NCBI GenBank assembly: GCA_014874385.1
Contig: JACWAE010000025.1
Location: 3,910-67,909, forward strand
Direction: 5' to 3'
Length of the DNA stretch: 64,000 bases
Source of the DNA: Dehalococcoidia bacterium
Lineage (GTDB): Bacteria; Chloroflexota; Dehalococcoidia; SZUA-161
Positions 1 to 8,549 of the stretch are shown here, one piece after another. The position numbers were made by a program, and so were the translations under genes. How positions within the stretch are numbered: the first letter of the stretch is position 1; each line of letters starts with the position of its first letter. The notes below the pieces were generated by a model. That model saw only the letters and a program-made list of their open reading frames with translations, had not been told where the DNA came from and searched no databases.

Positions 1-46
1 TTTGGAGATGATTTCAGAAAAATCCTTTGACAAAAAGCCAAATTAG

Positions 47-709
47 GTGCTAGTATGTTCCAAATCCAGGGAAAGCCAGGACATGGTAAGCCAGGTACCG
101 ACGTTTGCCGAAGAAGAGAGGCTGATAGCACAGGGCTACCGGCTTATCGCTGGTGTTGACGAGGTCGGCCGCGGCCCGCTTGCCGGCCCGGTAGTGGCTG
201 CAGCAGTTATTCTCCCTCTGGAAGAGCGGCCTTCATGGTTAAGCCTGGTTCGGGACAGCAAGCAGCTTACGCCATCACAGCGTGAGTCTATTTTCGACCA
301 AATCATGGAGAGCGAAATAGCTTTTGGGGTGGGACAGGTTTCGCATGAGGTAATCGATGAACGGGGCATAGCCCCTGCGACCAGGCTGGCGATGCGCCAT
401 GCCATCGAGCATCTCTCAACACGCCCTGATTACCTTCTTATTGATTATCTGCGCCTGCCTGGCATCCGCATTCCGCAAAAAGGTGTGGTCGACGGCGATA
501 GCATATGTGTTTCCATAGCTGCGGCGTCTATAGTCGCCAAGGTCACCCGTGACCGCCACATGGTAGAGATGGATAGCCAATTCCCCGGCTACGGCCTGGC
601 TCAACACAAAGGGTACGGCACCCCCGAGCACCTGGAGGCTTTGCAGCGCCTGGGTCCCTGCCCCATCCATCGCAAGACATTCGAGCCGGTGAGAGGACGT
701 CTGCTTTAA
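47..709 (+). CDS. rnhB: Ribonuclease HII
   Basis: 220-aa ORF with the RNase HII catalytic signature 'AGVDEVGRGPLAGPVVAAAV' and the DSK / 'IVAKVTRD' blocks. GTG start at 47; an alternative ATG at 83 is possible. Confidence 0.9.
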   Translation: MLVCSKSRESQDMVSQVPTFAEEERLIAQGYRLIAGVDEVGRGPLAGPVVAAAVILPLEERPSWLSLVRDSKQLTPSQRESIFDQIMESEIAFGVGQVSHEVIDERGIAPATRLAMRHAIEHLSTRPDYLLIDYLRLPGIRIPQKGVVDGDSICVSIAAASIVAKVTRDRHMVEMDSQFPGYGLAQHKGYGTPEHLEALQRLGPCPIHRKTFEPVRGRLL

Positions 710-737
710 CTTTAATACACAAATATCAAGCGATAGC

Positions 738-1562
738 TCAGAAGCAGACGATGTTGCAGTCCCGGCACACCTCGCACTCCGCTCCCTTCCCCTTTTTGTG
801 CAGGGAGGCATAACGCTGGCGCTCTTCGGAGAGCCATACCTCAGCGACCGTTTGGTGATTCAAGTCGCCGAATATTTTCCTGCCCAGCGGGTCCATACAG
901 CACAGGTTCACCCTGCCGTCCCAGAGCACAGTCATGTGGCTGGTGGCATGGATGCAGTAGGTGAAGCGAGTCTGGTCTTTATGATAGGTGAGCCCGCCGA
1001 AATTCAGGTGCTGGAAAATGTAGGGAGACCGGCATGAGGCATTCGATGTCGTCTTACGCCACCTGCGGTTGAAAGCCTTCTCCTCTTCTTTGGTGATGGA
1101 AGGGTGCTGCACCAGCGATACGCTGTGTGATATGTGAAGCGAATCTATGTAATCTATCATCCTGGCGACATGTTCGTAGTCGCCCAGACCTGTCAGTCGC
1201 TTTCTGGTCTCGACCGAGGCCCCGTTTGCCGAGATATTGAGATGGAATTCGGGCACTTCTGCAAGTTTCTTGATTATCTCCTCAGTCAGCTTGCTGCCGT
1301 TGCTATAAAGGTGAATCTCGGTTTTAGGAAGTGCTGCGCGCGCCTCTTTTATCCGCTCAACCATCTGTGGATCGAGGAAAGGCTCGCCGGTGAGCATGGG
1401 GATGAAGGTTTTGGGAGACGGGTCGAGCTTGGTGGCATCCCTTAAAATCTTGGAGTAGAGCTTATCTGACATAGTGCCGTGCTTCTTAATCTGGCCGTAG
1501 GCGCAGAAGATGCAACGGGCGTTGCAGTAGTTTGTGGTCTCAACCTGAAGGACTTCGAGCAT
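738..1562 (-). CDS. Radical SAM protein with C-terminal SPASM/twitch-like Cys cluster
   Basis: N-terminal 'CNARCIFCAYG' (CxxxCxxC) radical SAM motif. Cys-rich C-terminus 'CCMDP...CEVCRDCN'. Confidence 0.8.
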   Translation of the reverse strand: MLEVLQVETTNYCNARCIFCAYGQIKKHGTMSDKLYSKILRDATKLDPSPKTFIPMLTGEPFLDPQMVERIKEARAALPKTEIHLYSNGSKLTEEIIKKLAEVPEFHLNISANGASVETRKRLTGLGDYEHVARMIDYIDSLHISHSVSLVQHPSITKEEEKAFNRRWRKTTSNASCRSPYIFQHLNFGGLTYHKDQTRFTYCIHATSHMTVLWDGRVNLCCMDPLGRKIFGDLNHQTVAEVWLSEERQRYASLHKKGKGAECEVCRDCNIVCF

Positions 1563-1566
1563 TTGC

Positions 1567-2244
1567 TTACTTTCCAGGGAGTCCCTTCCTCTTGGTCAAT
1601 ATCACGATATGGCTTTGTTTTATCTCGTTGACTTCGCTTATCTCGTCTTTATGCTTATCTATTAAGCTGTCTATAGTCTCGGTAACCTGGGGCAGGTCGA
1701 AATTATAGTCGTGAAAACCGCTGCTGCCTCCAGGGACAAGGTTACGCCAGACTAGATTGAAGTCATTTATCACATAGTCCGGCTGGTGGTTGCCGTCGAT
1801 GAAGCCAAAAACAAACTTCTGCCCTCTGGGAAATCTAACCCTCTTTGAGTCCTTATTGATGGTTACTATGTTGTCGAAACCATTCGTAGCTTGTTGATAT
1901 ACCTCCAACTGAGAGCGTCCCTGGAGGAACGCTTGGTAGATGTCGCACATTTTGACCCCGCTTTTGTCCGGAGTTTTGTCGGCGCGAGGGTCAAATATGT
2001 CAACGGCGTATATCCTCCTCCCATATTTTAGAGCGAATCTTGCTAGTTTGACTGTGCCGCCGCCCATAAAGGCGCCGATTTCGATGAGGTCACCTTCCAG
2101 CTTCGGTAACCTTCGTTTTTCCATGAAGTCTATGAGGACTTCATAGCCCACAAAGTCATTACCAGCACCTGCCGATGTGGGGTTTTCAGAAACTTTTTTA
2201 GAACCAGGCACTGAATTTACCTCAAGCTTTAGACAGGGCTGCAA
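1567..2244 (-). CDS. Class I SAM-dependent methyltransferase (Methyltransf_24-like)
   Basis: 'LIEIGAFMGGGTVKLA' glycine-rich SAM-binding loop followed by 'AVDIFD'. Overlaps the upstream gene by 23 nt, consistent with an operon. Confidence 0.6.
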   Translation of the reverse strand: MQPCLKLEVNSVPGSKKVSENPTSAGAGNDFVGYEVLIDFMEKRRLPKLEGDLIEIGAFMGGGTVKLARFALKYGRRIYAVDIFDPRADKTPDKSGVKMCDIYQAFLQGRSQLEVYQQATNGFDNIVTINKDSKRVRFPRGQKFVFGFIDGNHQPDYVINDFNLVWRNLVPGGSSGFHDYNFDLPQVTETIDSLIDKHKDEISEVNEIKQSHIVILTKRKGLPGK

Positions 2245-3262
2245 TAGCTAATATCAATGCTGCCGATGTCCAGGTTGCCCTCTCTGCATCCGGGGGGCAG
2301 GCTAGCTTTTCGGGGAACTTTATCCCCCGGCAGAAGCCGGGCTTATCGTCTCGAAGCTTCAGAGTCCAATCAAGCAGCATCCTTGCCCTCTCGTGCTCAC
2401 CAATGAGCGCCAACGCTATAATCAACTCGGAGGTCTCGGCTACTGCGGTAGTATCCTCGTCGACAGCGACCCTGCATCCCCAGTTAGTGATGATAAAATC
2501 ATTCCATTCTCTATTGATACGCTCTCTCGCCTCTTTGCCCTTGAGCACCCCTGTGAGGACGGGGTAAAACCAGTTCATGGCGTAACGTCGTTTATTCTCA
2601 CCCATCTTGTCGAACAGCTCGGGATGCTCCCTCATCGCTTTAAGGAGCTTATTGCCTGCCTCCTTCCATACTGGCCTTTTTATTCTCAGTGTTTTCGCAA
2701 TGTTTACGCCATTATTAATACTATGCCAGATACAGCTTGAAGAAGTAAATATAGCTCCCGGCCACGATTTCCCCGTTGGGCTTACCGCCCAGAAGACCTC
2801 GCCAGTGGGCTGCTGCAAACTCAAAGCGAATTCTACGGCTTTATCCACTATAGGCCATATCTGTCGCAGAAAGCTCAGTTCTTTGGTGGCCAGATAATGA
2901 AACCACATACCGGTCGCTATGTAGGAGGCGAAGTTTGCATCCCTGGTCTGGTCATCCTGCTTTACCTGCGGGTAGCTGGAGTACCAGCTTCCGTCGGGAT
3001 TCTGCGTTCCGCAGGACCATCTATAGGCTCTCACAGCCTCATCGTGCCTGCCAGCGAGGTCCAGAGCAATAGTGCATTCCACATGGTCCCAGGGGTCTGT
3101 GATAGCTCCTCGATACCAGGGAATGGCTCCGGAGGCAAGCTGCTGGCTGATAATAAAGTCGGCCTGGTGCTGGACTATTTTCTGAAGGTCATCGCGCGTC
3201 AATTTGGGTCGAAGCTCCCTTGCTTCGGATAGGGTATCAAACACCGAGAGCATTGTCAACAA
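2222..3262 (-). CDS. (alpha/alpha)6-toroid protein (prenyltransferase/terpene-cyclase-like or glycosidase-like)
   Basis: Repeated Trp/Asp-rich motifs 'GAIPWYRG..DPWDHVE' and 'QNPDGSWYSSY', typical of alpha/alpha toroid repeat proteins. The family assignment is tentative. Confidence 0.45.
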   Translation of the reverse strand: MLTMLSVFDTLSEARELRPKLTRDDLQKIVQHQADFIISQQLASGAIPWYRGAITDPWDHVECTIALDLAGRHDEAVRAYRWSCGTQNPDGSWYSSYPQVKQDDQTRDANFASYIATGMWFHYLATKELSFLRQIWPIVDKAVEFALSLQQPTGEVFWAVSPTGKSWPGAIFTSSSCIWHSINNGVNIAKTLRIKRPVWKEAGNKLLKAMREHPELFDKMGENKRRYAMNWFYPVLTGVLKGKEARERINREWNDFIITNWGCRVAVDEDTTAVAETSELIIALALIGEHERARMLLDWTLKLRDDKPGFCRGIKFPEKLACPPDAERATWTSAALILAIAALSKA

Positions 3263-3330
3263 AAAAGCTGGACTTGAAGAGTTACCCGCGTGCGCGGGAA
3301 TCTGTCATGTTTCAATTTATATCTTGTTTT

Positions 3331-4911
3331 TCACGATCCCCCCAGGCTGAGCCCGAGCTGAGGCCTGTTCACTGAGGTCTTCTCGCGTACTGCGGAGTCC
3401 GCTCCTATAGGTTCTGTTACTATCGTTGATTGCCCCCTGTGGACTCGGGCTGTTACGTATTTGCCTCGTGCGTAATAGATTCGAGCCTCACCATCGTCAT
3501 CCGGTTTCAGCCGAACTGTGAAAATGTGCGCACCATCCTCAGTTTTAGCGCCTTGTGAGAAAACCCTGAAGCCCCGATACCGATGACCCGTATTTGCCAC
3601 AACGACATAGGGATAAATTATCCTCCACCTTGGATTATCTTTCAGCGCAAATGTGAGGAAGAAATGAACATTATAGTCTTTTGGTTCTTCGGCTGGTCTC
3701 AAATTGCTGATACCTGCTATGCCCCCAAGCAAAAAGCTGCTGATAAGTTGGAACACCTCATCGCCTTTATCCTTAATCTGATTGATGTTCAGATGCGATC
3801 GGTTCACGGCAACAAAGTAAAGGTTCTCAAAAACTGTGCCGTCGGAATTGAATTTGGCCAGGCTGGTTGAGCTCATCTCTACCATACCATCAGTATGGCC
3901 CCGAGAGTATCCGCCGATAGCAGCGAACTCCGGTACATTAGAATCAGCCTTAGTGTTCAAATCCCAGAGAAACCTGCTATCTGCTCTCAATTCCGCTCCC
4001 GCTCTAGGGATAAGTTTGTCGGGCCATCTGAGATTGAATGGCTCAAATCGCAATGTCCCCAAGTGCGGCGTGGCCAGAGTGAGCAGTTTGGCGACTCTTG
4101 ATTTCCCCCCTGAAGCCACATACTGGCGGGCTACTATCCCTCCCATAGAATAGGCAACGATAGAGCATAGGTTATCACCGGTAAGTTCGCCGATCTTGTT
4201 TATTGCCTTGCCGAGCCTCGAGGCATACTTTGCTGCCGTGCCCAGAGTTCCCCTGGCATTGTCTGAATACTCAAACTGCCATACATTGTACTGGTCCTCT
4301 TTTGTCTGCAGAAGTTCGTCAAGCCTGGTGAATTGCTCCTCGCACCGGGTTGGCCTGGCGGAGCCCGGGAACTTGAACCCGTGCACCAGAACAACATTCT
4401 CCCTGCGGAACACCGGCCCTTTATGCCAGAGTCTCCAAGAGTAATCTTTAGATCCATAATTGAGCATCCTATAGTCAACGCTAATGTTTTGATTACTAGA
4501 GGGACACGGAACATCTTCTCTATGTCCTTCTACAGTGCTCCACATGCCCCACTTCTTAAGGTCTGGATCATAGCACTCCTCTCTTGAAGGGAGGGAAACT
4601 TTAAGGACATAATGTCTTCCGGCGGGAACAGATAGTTTATATTCCCCTTTTTCATCGGTGCGGGTCACTGCTACGGGTTTATCTCTTAGCCACGCGCTCA
4701 CAATTGCTCTCGGTATGGAGATATCTACCTTGGCATCATACATTCCATTGCCATTTTCATCCTTGTAGACAGTCCCTGAAATCGGTGCTGTTATTTTGAT
4801 TGCAGGAGTAGATAAGTATGGCTCGTCAGCACTCTCTTGATGGGTTACTATCAGACCGATATTGGCCAAAGCATGTTGCCCTTTCATCGTAACGCTCTGC
4901 TGTTTCTCCAT
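3331..4911 (-). CDS. Alpha/beta hydrolase (lipase/esterase, PGAP1/DUF676-like) with N-terminal beta-sandwich domain
   Basis: 'VVLVHGF' oxyanion region and 'AYSMGG' GxSxG nucleophile elbow. N-terminal 'SGTVYKDENGNGMYD...YKLSVPAGRHYV' resembles a carboxypeptidase-regulatory-like fold. Confidence 0.6.
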   Translation of the reverse strand: MEKQQSVTMKGQHALANIGLIVTHQESADEPYLSTPAIKITAPISGTVYKDENGNGMYDAKVDISIPRAIVSAWLRDKPVAVTRTDEKGEYKLSVPAGRHYVLKVSLPSREECYDPDLKKWGMWSTVEGHREDVPCPSSNQNISVDYRMLNYGSKDYSWRLWHKGPVFRRENVVLVHGFKFPGSARPTRCEEQFTRLDELLQTKEDQYNVWQFEYSDNARGTLGTAAKYASRLGKAINKIGELTGDNLCSIVAYSMGGIVARQYVASGGKSRVAKLLTLATPHLGTLRFEPFNLRWPDKLIPRAGAELRADSRFLWDLNTKADSNVPEFAAIGGYSRGHTDGMVEMSSTSLAKFNSDGTVFENLYFVAVNRSHLNINQIKDKGDEVFQLISSFLLGGIAGISNLRPAEEPKDYNVHFFLTFALKDNPRWRIIYPYVVVANTGHRYRGFRVFSQGAKTEDGAHIFTVRLKPDDDGEARIYYARGKYVTARVHRGQSTIVTEPIGADSAVREKTSVNRPQLGLSLGGS

Positions 4912-4916
4912 GATGT

Positions 4917-5429
4917 TTAACCTCGATTGTTTTGCGAATGTCTTCTTGTTACCTCGCCTGCCTTTAGCAGTGCCTCAAGTGCCTCAGTGATCAATTGTAG
5001 TTGTGAAGGAGCCGCCGACTGTAGCAGTTCTTTGGTGCGGTCACGGGCCAACTGCCACAGCCCGCCTATCATCTTCTGCCCTTTTTCTGATAGGCGGCAA
5101 AGAACTACCCGCCTGTCCTCGGGCTGGCTTTCTCTCAGCACGATATCTCGTTCCACCAGCCGGTCTACCACTCCGGTTGCTGTGGCCAGGCTCACGCCAA
5201 GTGCGGAGGCAATATCGCTCATCCGTACTGGGCCGTTCAGGAAGAGGAGCAGGACAACCTTAAGTTGTGGCATAGTCAGGTCCAACTGAAGCCATTCTAT
5301 GGGCAGTATAGGAATAAGTTCGCGGAATGCCTTTTCTCCGAGTTCGAGGATGTTTTCTATGAGTTCTTCCTGTTTTGGCCCCTGCTTCATCTGGAGCCTC
5401 CTGTCCGGTTTCTGTCTAAGCGTGTACAT
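4917..5429 (-). CDS. MarR family transcriptional regulator
   Basis: Winged-HTH 'MSDIASALGVSLATATGVVDRLVERDIVLRESQPEDRRVV' is typical of MarR. It is the first gene of a 5-gene minus-strand operon. Confidence 0.85.
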   Translation of the reverse strand: MYTLRQKPDRRLQMKQGPKQEELIENILELGEKAFRELIPILPIEWLQLDLTMPQLKVVLLLFLNGPVRMSDIASALGVSLATATGVVDRLVERDIVLRESQPEDRRVVLCRLSEKGQKMIGGLWQLARDRTKELLQSAAPSQLQLITEALEALLKAGEVTRRHSQNNRG

Positions 5430-5458
5430 GGTATCTTTAGTAAGGCCAGCGCATTACA

Positions 5459-5473
5459 TTAGCATAATGCTAA
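5459..5473. promoter_or_regulatory. Perfect palindrome TTAGCATAATGCTAA upstream of the marR-like gene (candidate MarR operator)
   Basis: 7-1-7 perfect inverted repeat located 30 bp upstream of the MarR start codon (5429). Confidence 0.4.
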
Positions 5474-5655
5474 TCATTTGTATTATACTAACTATTTTAC
5501 GCCATGTCAATAATAGACCAGGAAGGTGTCCAAGATTTGGAGGAAAAGTCAGTGCCGGGGTGGAGCGGTAAGGAATTATCCGTCACGTTTGAGACGATTT
5601 CCTTGACAAGCCAGGGTAGAGGAGCTTATCATAGCTTCAAATTAGTATCAGGTTT

Positions 5656-6354
5656 GTGATTTTGTCAGATCTCGATGCACTTCAAGCTATCCTCGGCGTT
5701 AACTTTAAGGATGAGTCTCTCCTCCGGCAAGCTCTTGTCCATCGCTCCTACCTGAACGAAAACACCGCCTTACACTTAGCCTCCAATGAGAGGCTTGAAT
5801 TCTTGGGGGATGCCGTGCTGGGCTTTGTTGTTGCGAATGAACTCTATTCACGCTTTCCGGATTTCTCAGAAGGGGAATTGACCAAGCTCAGGGCAGCATT
5901 GGTGAGGGGAGAAACCTTAAACCGCATCGCAGCATCGCTGCAGCTTGGAGACTATCTGTATTTGGGGCATGGCGAGGAAGAGAGCGGAGGTCGCTCTCGG
6001 TCCAGGAATCTGAGCTGCACCCTGGAGGCGGTTATCGGGGCTGTGTTTCTCGATGGGGGACTCGATGCGGTGGAAAGCTTCATCCTGAAGTTGCTGAATA
6101 GCGAGTTGGATGGAGTAGTTGAGGACAAGTTTGCGGCCGATTACAAATCCAGGCTGCAGCAGATCATTCAATCGGAGCGTAAAATAACGCCTGTTTATCG
6201 GACCATAGAGGAAGTGGGCCCTGACCACGCCAAGGTCTTCACTGTGGAGGTGCTGGCAGGAGATATGATACTCGGCCGAGGCAGTGGCAGGAGCAAGCGG
6301 GCGGCAGAGGTGGATGCAGCACGTCATGCGTTGCAGGGCTTGGTGGGAGGCTAA
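5656..6354 (+). CDS. rnc: Ribonuclease III
   Basis: 'NERLEFLGDAVLG' RNase III signature plus a C-terminal dsRBD ('GPDHAKVFTVEV...GSGRSKRAAE'). GTG start. Confidence 0.92.
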   Translation: MILSDLDALQAILGVNFKDESLLRQALVHRSYLNENTALHLASNERLEFLGDAVLGFVVANELYSRFPDFSEGELTKLRAALVRGETLNRIAASLQLGDYLYLGHGEEESGGRSRSRNLSCTLEAVIGAVFLDGGLDAVESFILKLLNSELDGVVEDKFAADYKSRLQQIIQSERKITPVYRTIEEVGPDHAKVFTVEVLAGDMILGRGSGRSKRAAEVDAARHALQGLVGG

Positions 6355-6359
6355 GAGAC

Positions 6360-7280
6360 ATGTTTGGCCTTTTTAAGAAGACTGAAAAAGGGGTAAAACG
6401 TAGCCGAGAGGCTTGGTGGGGTAAGGTTGTGCATCTTTTCGACCGACCCACATTGAGCGACGAGCTTTGGGACGAACTCGAGGAGCTTCTTATCTCTGCT
6501 GATGTGGGTGTAAACACGACTGGCAAGCTCATTGAACGGCTTAAACAGAGGATAGAGAGAGAGAAGATCAAAGAGGCTTCCCTGGTAAGAACTGCTCTGA
6601 AAGAGGAGATAGTTTCCATGTTGATGGTGGGAGGCGGAAAGCTCTTGCCATCTATAGACGGAAAAATAGGCGTAGTTCTTGTAGTGGGGGTCAATGGGGT
6701 GGGCAAGACTACCAGCATCGCCAAGCTTGCGTATAGCTACAAGGAGCAAAAGAAACGAGTGCTTCTGGTTGCTGGCGATACCTTCAGGGCGGCAGCCATA
6801 GACCAGCTTAAGGTGTGGGGGGAACGAATAAAGGTCCCCGTGATCGCTCATCAGCCCGGCGGCGACCCTGCCGCAGTGGTCTTCGATGCCTTAGAGTCAG
6901 CGAAGAAAAATGCCGATATTGTCATAGTTGATACCGCAGGCCGTCTCCATACGAAGTTCAACCTCATGGAGGAGCTCAAAAAAATCAGGCGGGTGGTGGA
7001 TAAAGCTAATATGGAGCCCCAGGTACTGCTTGTACTGGATGCCACCACCGGGCAGAACGGTTTGACCCAGGCCAGATACTTCACTGAGGCGGTAAAAGTC
7101 ACCGGTATACTGCTGGCGAAGCTGGATAGCACAGCAAAGGGTGGAATTGTCCTCGCTATCTGCGATGAGCTCAAGATACCCATCTTTTACATTGGCACTG
7201 GCCAGGAGCTGGAGGATTTTGCCCCCTTCAATCCTGAAGAGTTTGTGGAGGCTCTATTTTCCCGTGAGGACCAGGCTTGA
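6360..7280 (+). CDS. ftsY: Signal recognition particle receptor FtsY
   Basis: SRP GTPase motifs 'GVNGVGKTTSIAKLA', 'DTAGR' and 'AKLDSTAKGG'. Confidence 0.92.
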   Translation: MFGLFKKTEKGVKRSREAWWGKVVHLFDRPTLSDELWDELEELLISADVGVNTTGKLIERLKQRIEREKIKEASLVRTALKEEIVSMLMVGGGKLLPSIDGKIGVVLVVGVNGVGKTTSIAKLAYSYKEQKKRVLLVAGDTFRAAAIDQLKVWGERIKVPVIAHQPGGDPAAVVFDALESAKKNADIVIVDTAGRLHTKFNLMEELKKIRRVVDKANMEPQVLLVLDATTGQNGLTQARYFTEAVKVTGILLAKLDSTAKGGIVLAICDELKIPIFYIGTGQELEDFAPFNPEEFVEALFSREDQA

Positions 7281-8470
7281 GTCAAACTGCAATTATATTC
7301 CGACAAAAAGCACTTACCAACAAATGGTTTCAAGCGACCTGTGTAGCCGCTCTGGTCTTCGTTATCTACTTGGTCACCAGCCAGGATTCGACTCCTTATA
7401 ACCAATTTGTCCGCCTGGTCGATGCCTTTTTTCACGGCCGCCTTTATCTGGTTAATGGGCCTTCCTGGTTAGAGCTAGCCAGATACGGTGACAAGGGATA
7501 TGTCATCAATCCGCCTGCTCCCACCCTGTTCCTTATGCCCTGGGTTGCCATCTGGGGGCTGAGCACCAATCAAGTAATCGTCTCCATGCTGGTGGGTGCT
7601 GTAGCCGTAGGTTTCTTCTGGATAGCGGTCACGCAATTAGGCTGGAGTTTCCGGTTTCGGGTAGCCATGACCGTGCTGGTAGCTTTCGGCACGAACTTCT
7701 GGTGGGTCACCAATACAGGTAGTGTCTGGATGATGGCACATGTGTCGGCGGTCTTCTTTCTCATGGCTGCGCTGGTCGAGACCACAAGCAAGAACCGTCC
7801 TTGGCTGGTAGCTTTGCTCGTGGGACTGGCTGGGCTGTCCAGATTGCCCGTTTTTCTCACCTTCCCCTTCTTTGCCTATACCGTAGTCTGGAAAACAGAT
7901 GCTCGGCGGGTTATTATTCGCCGCCTGGCGATTTTTGCGGGCGTTCTGGCAGTGATGGGAGGATTGTATTTACTTTATACCTATGGTGAGTATGGCTCTC
8001 TTACTCTGGGCTATGAACGCGGCCAGTTTGTCAACGAACCCTTTTTCTCTAACGGTCTTTTCAGCATAAGGTACATACCCCGGCAGCTTAACGCTATTTT
8101 ATTTCTGGGCCCCGTATTTAACGACACCTACCCCTTCTTCAAGCCATCATGGGTGGGGATGGGGCTATTTTTCACCACCCCCGCTTTGCTTTATATGTTC
8201 AGCGCTAGCTTGAAGGATAAGCTGGCGCTTGCGGCCCTTGGTGGCCTTGTGCTCACTGCAATCCCCAGTCTGACCTATGGAGTGACCGGTTTCCTCCAGT
8301 TCGGGTATCGTTTCAGCCTGGATATCCTCCCCTTTATGATTATACTGGTGGCATCCGGCATGCGCTATAGATTGAATTGGCTTAAGATAGCTATCATTGT
8401 CTTGAGCGTCGGAATCAATCTCTGGGGCACGCTGGCTTTCAATAAGCTGGACTGGGTAGCTGGCCTATAG
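7277..8470 (+). CDS. Polytopic membrane protein, GT-C (ArnT/PMT-like) glycosyltransferase candidate
   Basis: 397 aa with about 10 hydrophobic segments and a conserved early loop. TTG start overlaps the ftsY stop. Confidence 0.5.
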   Translation: MSQTAIIFRQKALTNKWFQATCVAALVFVIYLVTSQDSTPYNQFVRLVDAFFHGRLYLVNGPSWLELARYGDKGYVINPPAPTLFLMPWVAIWGLSTNQVIVSMLVGAVAVGFFWIAVTQLGWSFRFRVAMTVLVAFGTNFWWVTNTGSVWMMAHVSAVFFLMAALVETTSKNRPWLVALLVGLAGLSRLPVFLTFPFFAYTVVWKTDARRVIIRRLAIFAGVLAVMGGLYLLYTYGEYGSLTLGYERGQFVNEPFFSNGLFSIRYIPRQLNAILFLGPVFNDTYPFFKPSWVGMGLFFTTPALLYMFSASLKDKLALAALGGLVLTAIPSLTYGVTGFLQFGYRFSLDILPFMIILVASGMRYRLNWLKIAIIVLSVGINLWGTLAFNKLDWVAGL

Positions 8471-8549
8471 TAGCCGTTCCGACCAAAGGGTTGTTTCACA
8501 GATTCGCAGCCTTTGCTTGAGCTATATCGCCGTGCAGGGTCTTTGCTAG

